A DNA stretch of 64,000 bases from Selaginella moellendorffii (taxonomy: Eukaryota; Plantae; Lycopodiophyta), in assembly GCF_000143415.4 (NCBI RefSeq), contig NW_003314312.1:546399-610398 (forward strand), given 5' to 3'. Position numbers and translations under genes: made by a program. Under the pieces are notes generated by a model that was given only the letters and a program-made list of their open reading frames with translations, searched no databases and was not told the DNA's origin. Positions within the stretch are counted from its first letter, which is position 1. Each line of letters opens with the position of its first letter. Below are positions 63,620-64,000 of this stretch, in pieces.

Positions 63620-64000
63620 CCCTGGGGGACGATCGCTTTGGGCTTTCACCCAACTACCTGTATTAGAATTCGGACTCGGACTCGGGCTCGAACTCGAACT
63701 CGGACTCGGTCTCAGTCCCGGTTTTGGACTCAGCCTCGGTCTCGGTCTCAGTTTCAGCCTTGGTCTCGGTCTCGGTCTCAGGTCCATCTCGGACTCCATC
63801 TCGGGTCCATCTCGGTATCCATCTCGGGTCCATCTCAGACTCCATTTCGGACTCCATCTCGGGTCCATCTCAGACTCCATCTCGGATCCATCTCGAACTC
63901 TAACTTGAACGCTTTGGTGCAAGTGGCACCAAGGTCGTGGTGAGTGAGATGGGGACACCTAATCTCAGTTGCTATGAACCCTTGGCCGTAAGGGCTAACT
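63620..64000 (-). mobile_element. Minus-strand LTR fragment with the same hexamer array and GGGTGAAAGCCCAAAGCG motif
   Basis: Reverse complement of the array at 63670-63900; cgctttgggctttcaccc at about 63633-63650. Confidence 0.75.

Overview
Eukaryotic plant nuclear DNA. Very short introns (about 45-70 nt), tightly packed genes, PLS-class PPRs and chromodomain Ty3/Gypsy elements suggest a lycophyte such as Selaginella; this is inference, not a database result. Layout: (1) 1-10.5 kb is nested LTR retrotransposons, including a structurally complete chromovirus at 2502-10047 with TSD ATGTA. (2) 11.4-12.3 kb holds P450 remnants. (3) 13.6-38.3 kb is a dense gene island: dirigent, EMC3, SIP aquaporin, UPL5 HECT ligase, ACOS5-like acyl-CoA synthetase, UVR/coiled-coil protein, FIP2/KCTD9-like, DUF760, 2Fe-2S protein, putative lumen protein, TMEM70-like, PPR, p24delta and a dirigent-like gene. 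(4) 38.5-64 kb is mostly decayed retroelements plus an intact, unusual bulb-lectin gene. The most striking observation is in the chromovirus. Its integrase is interrupted by two small GT-AG segments (46 and 52 nt) whose exact removal restores conserved integrase motifs. A third candidate intron spans the primer-binding site. Together these suggest a retrotransposon whose spliced mRNA makes Pol but cannot be primed for reverse transcription, so the introns persist. All coordinates were read by eye.
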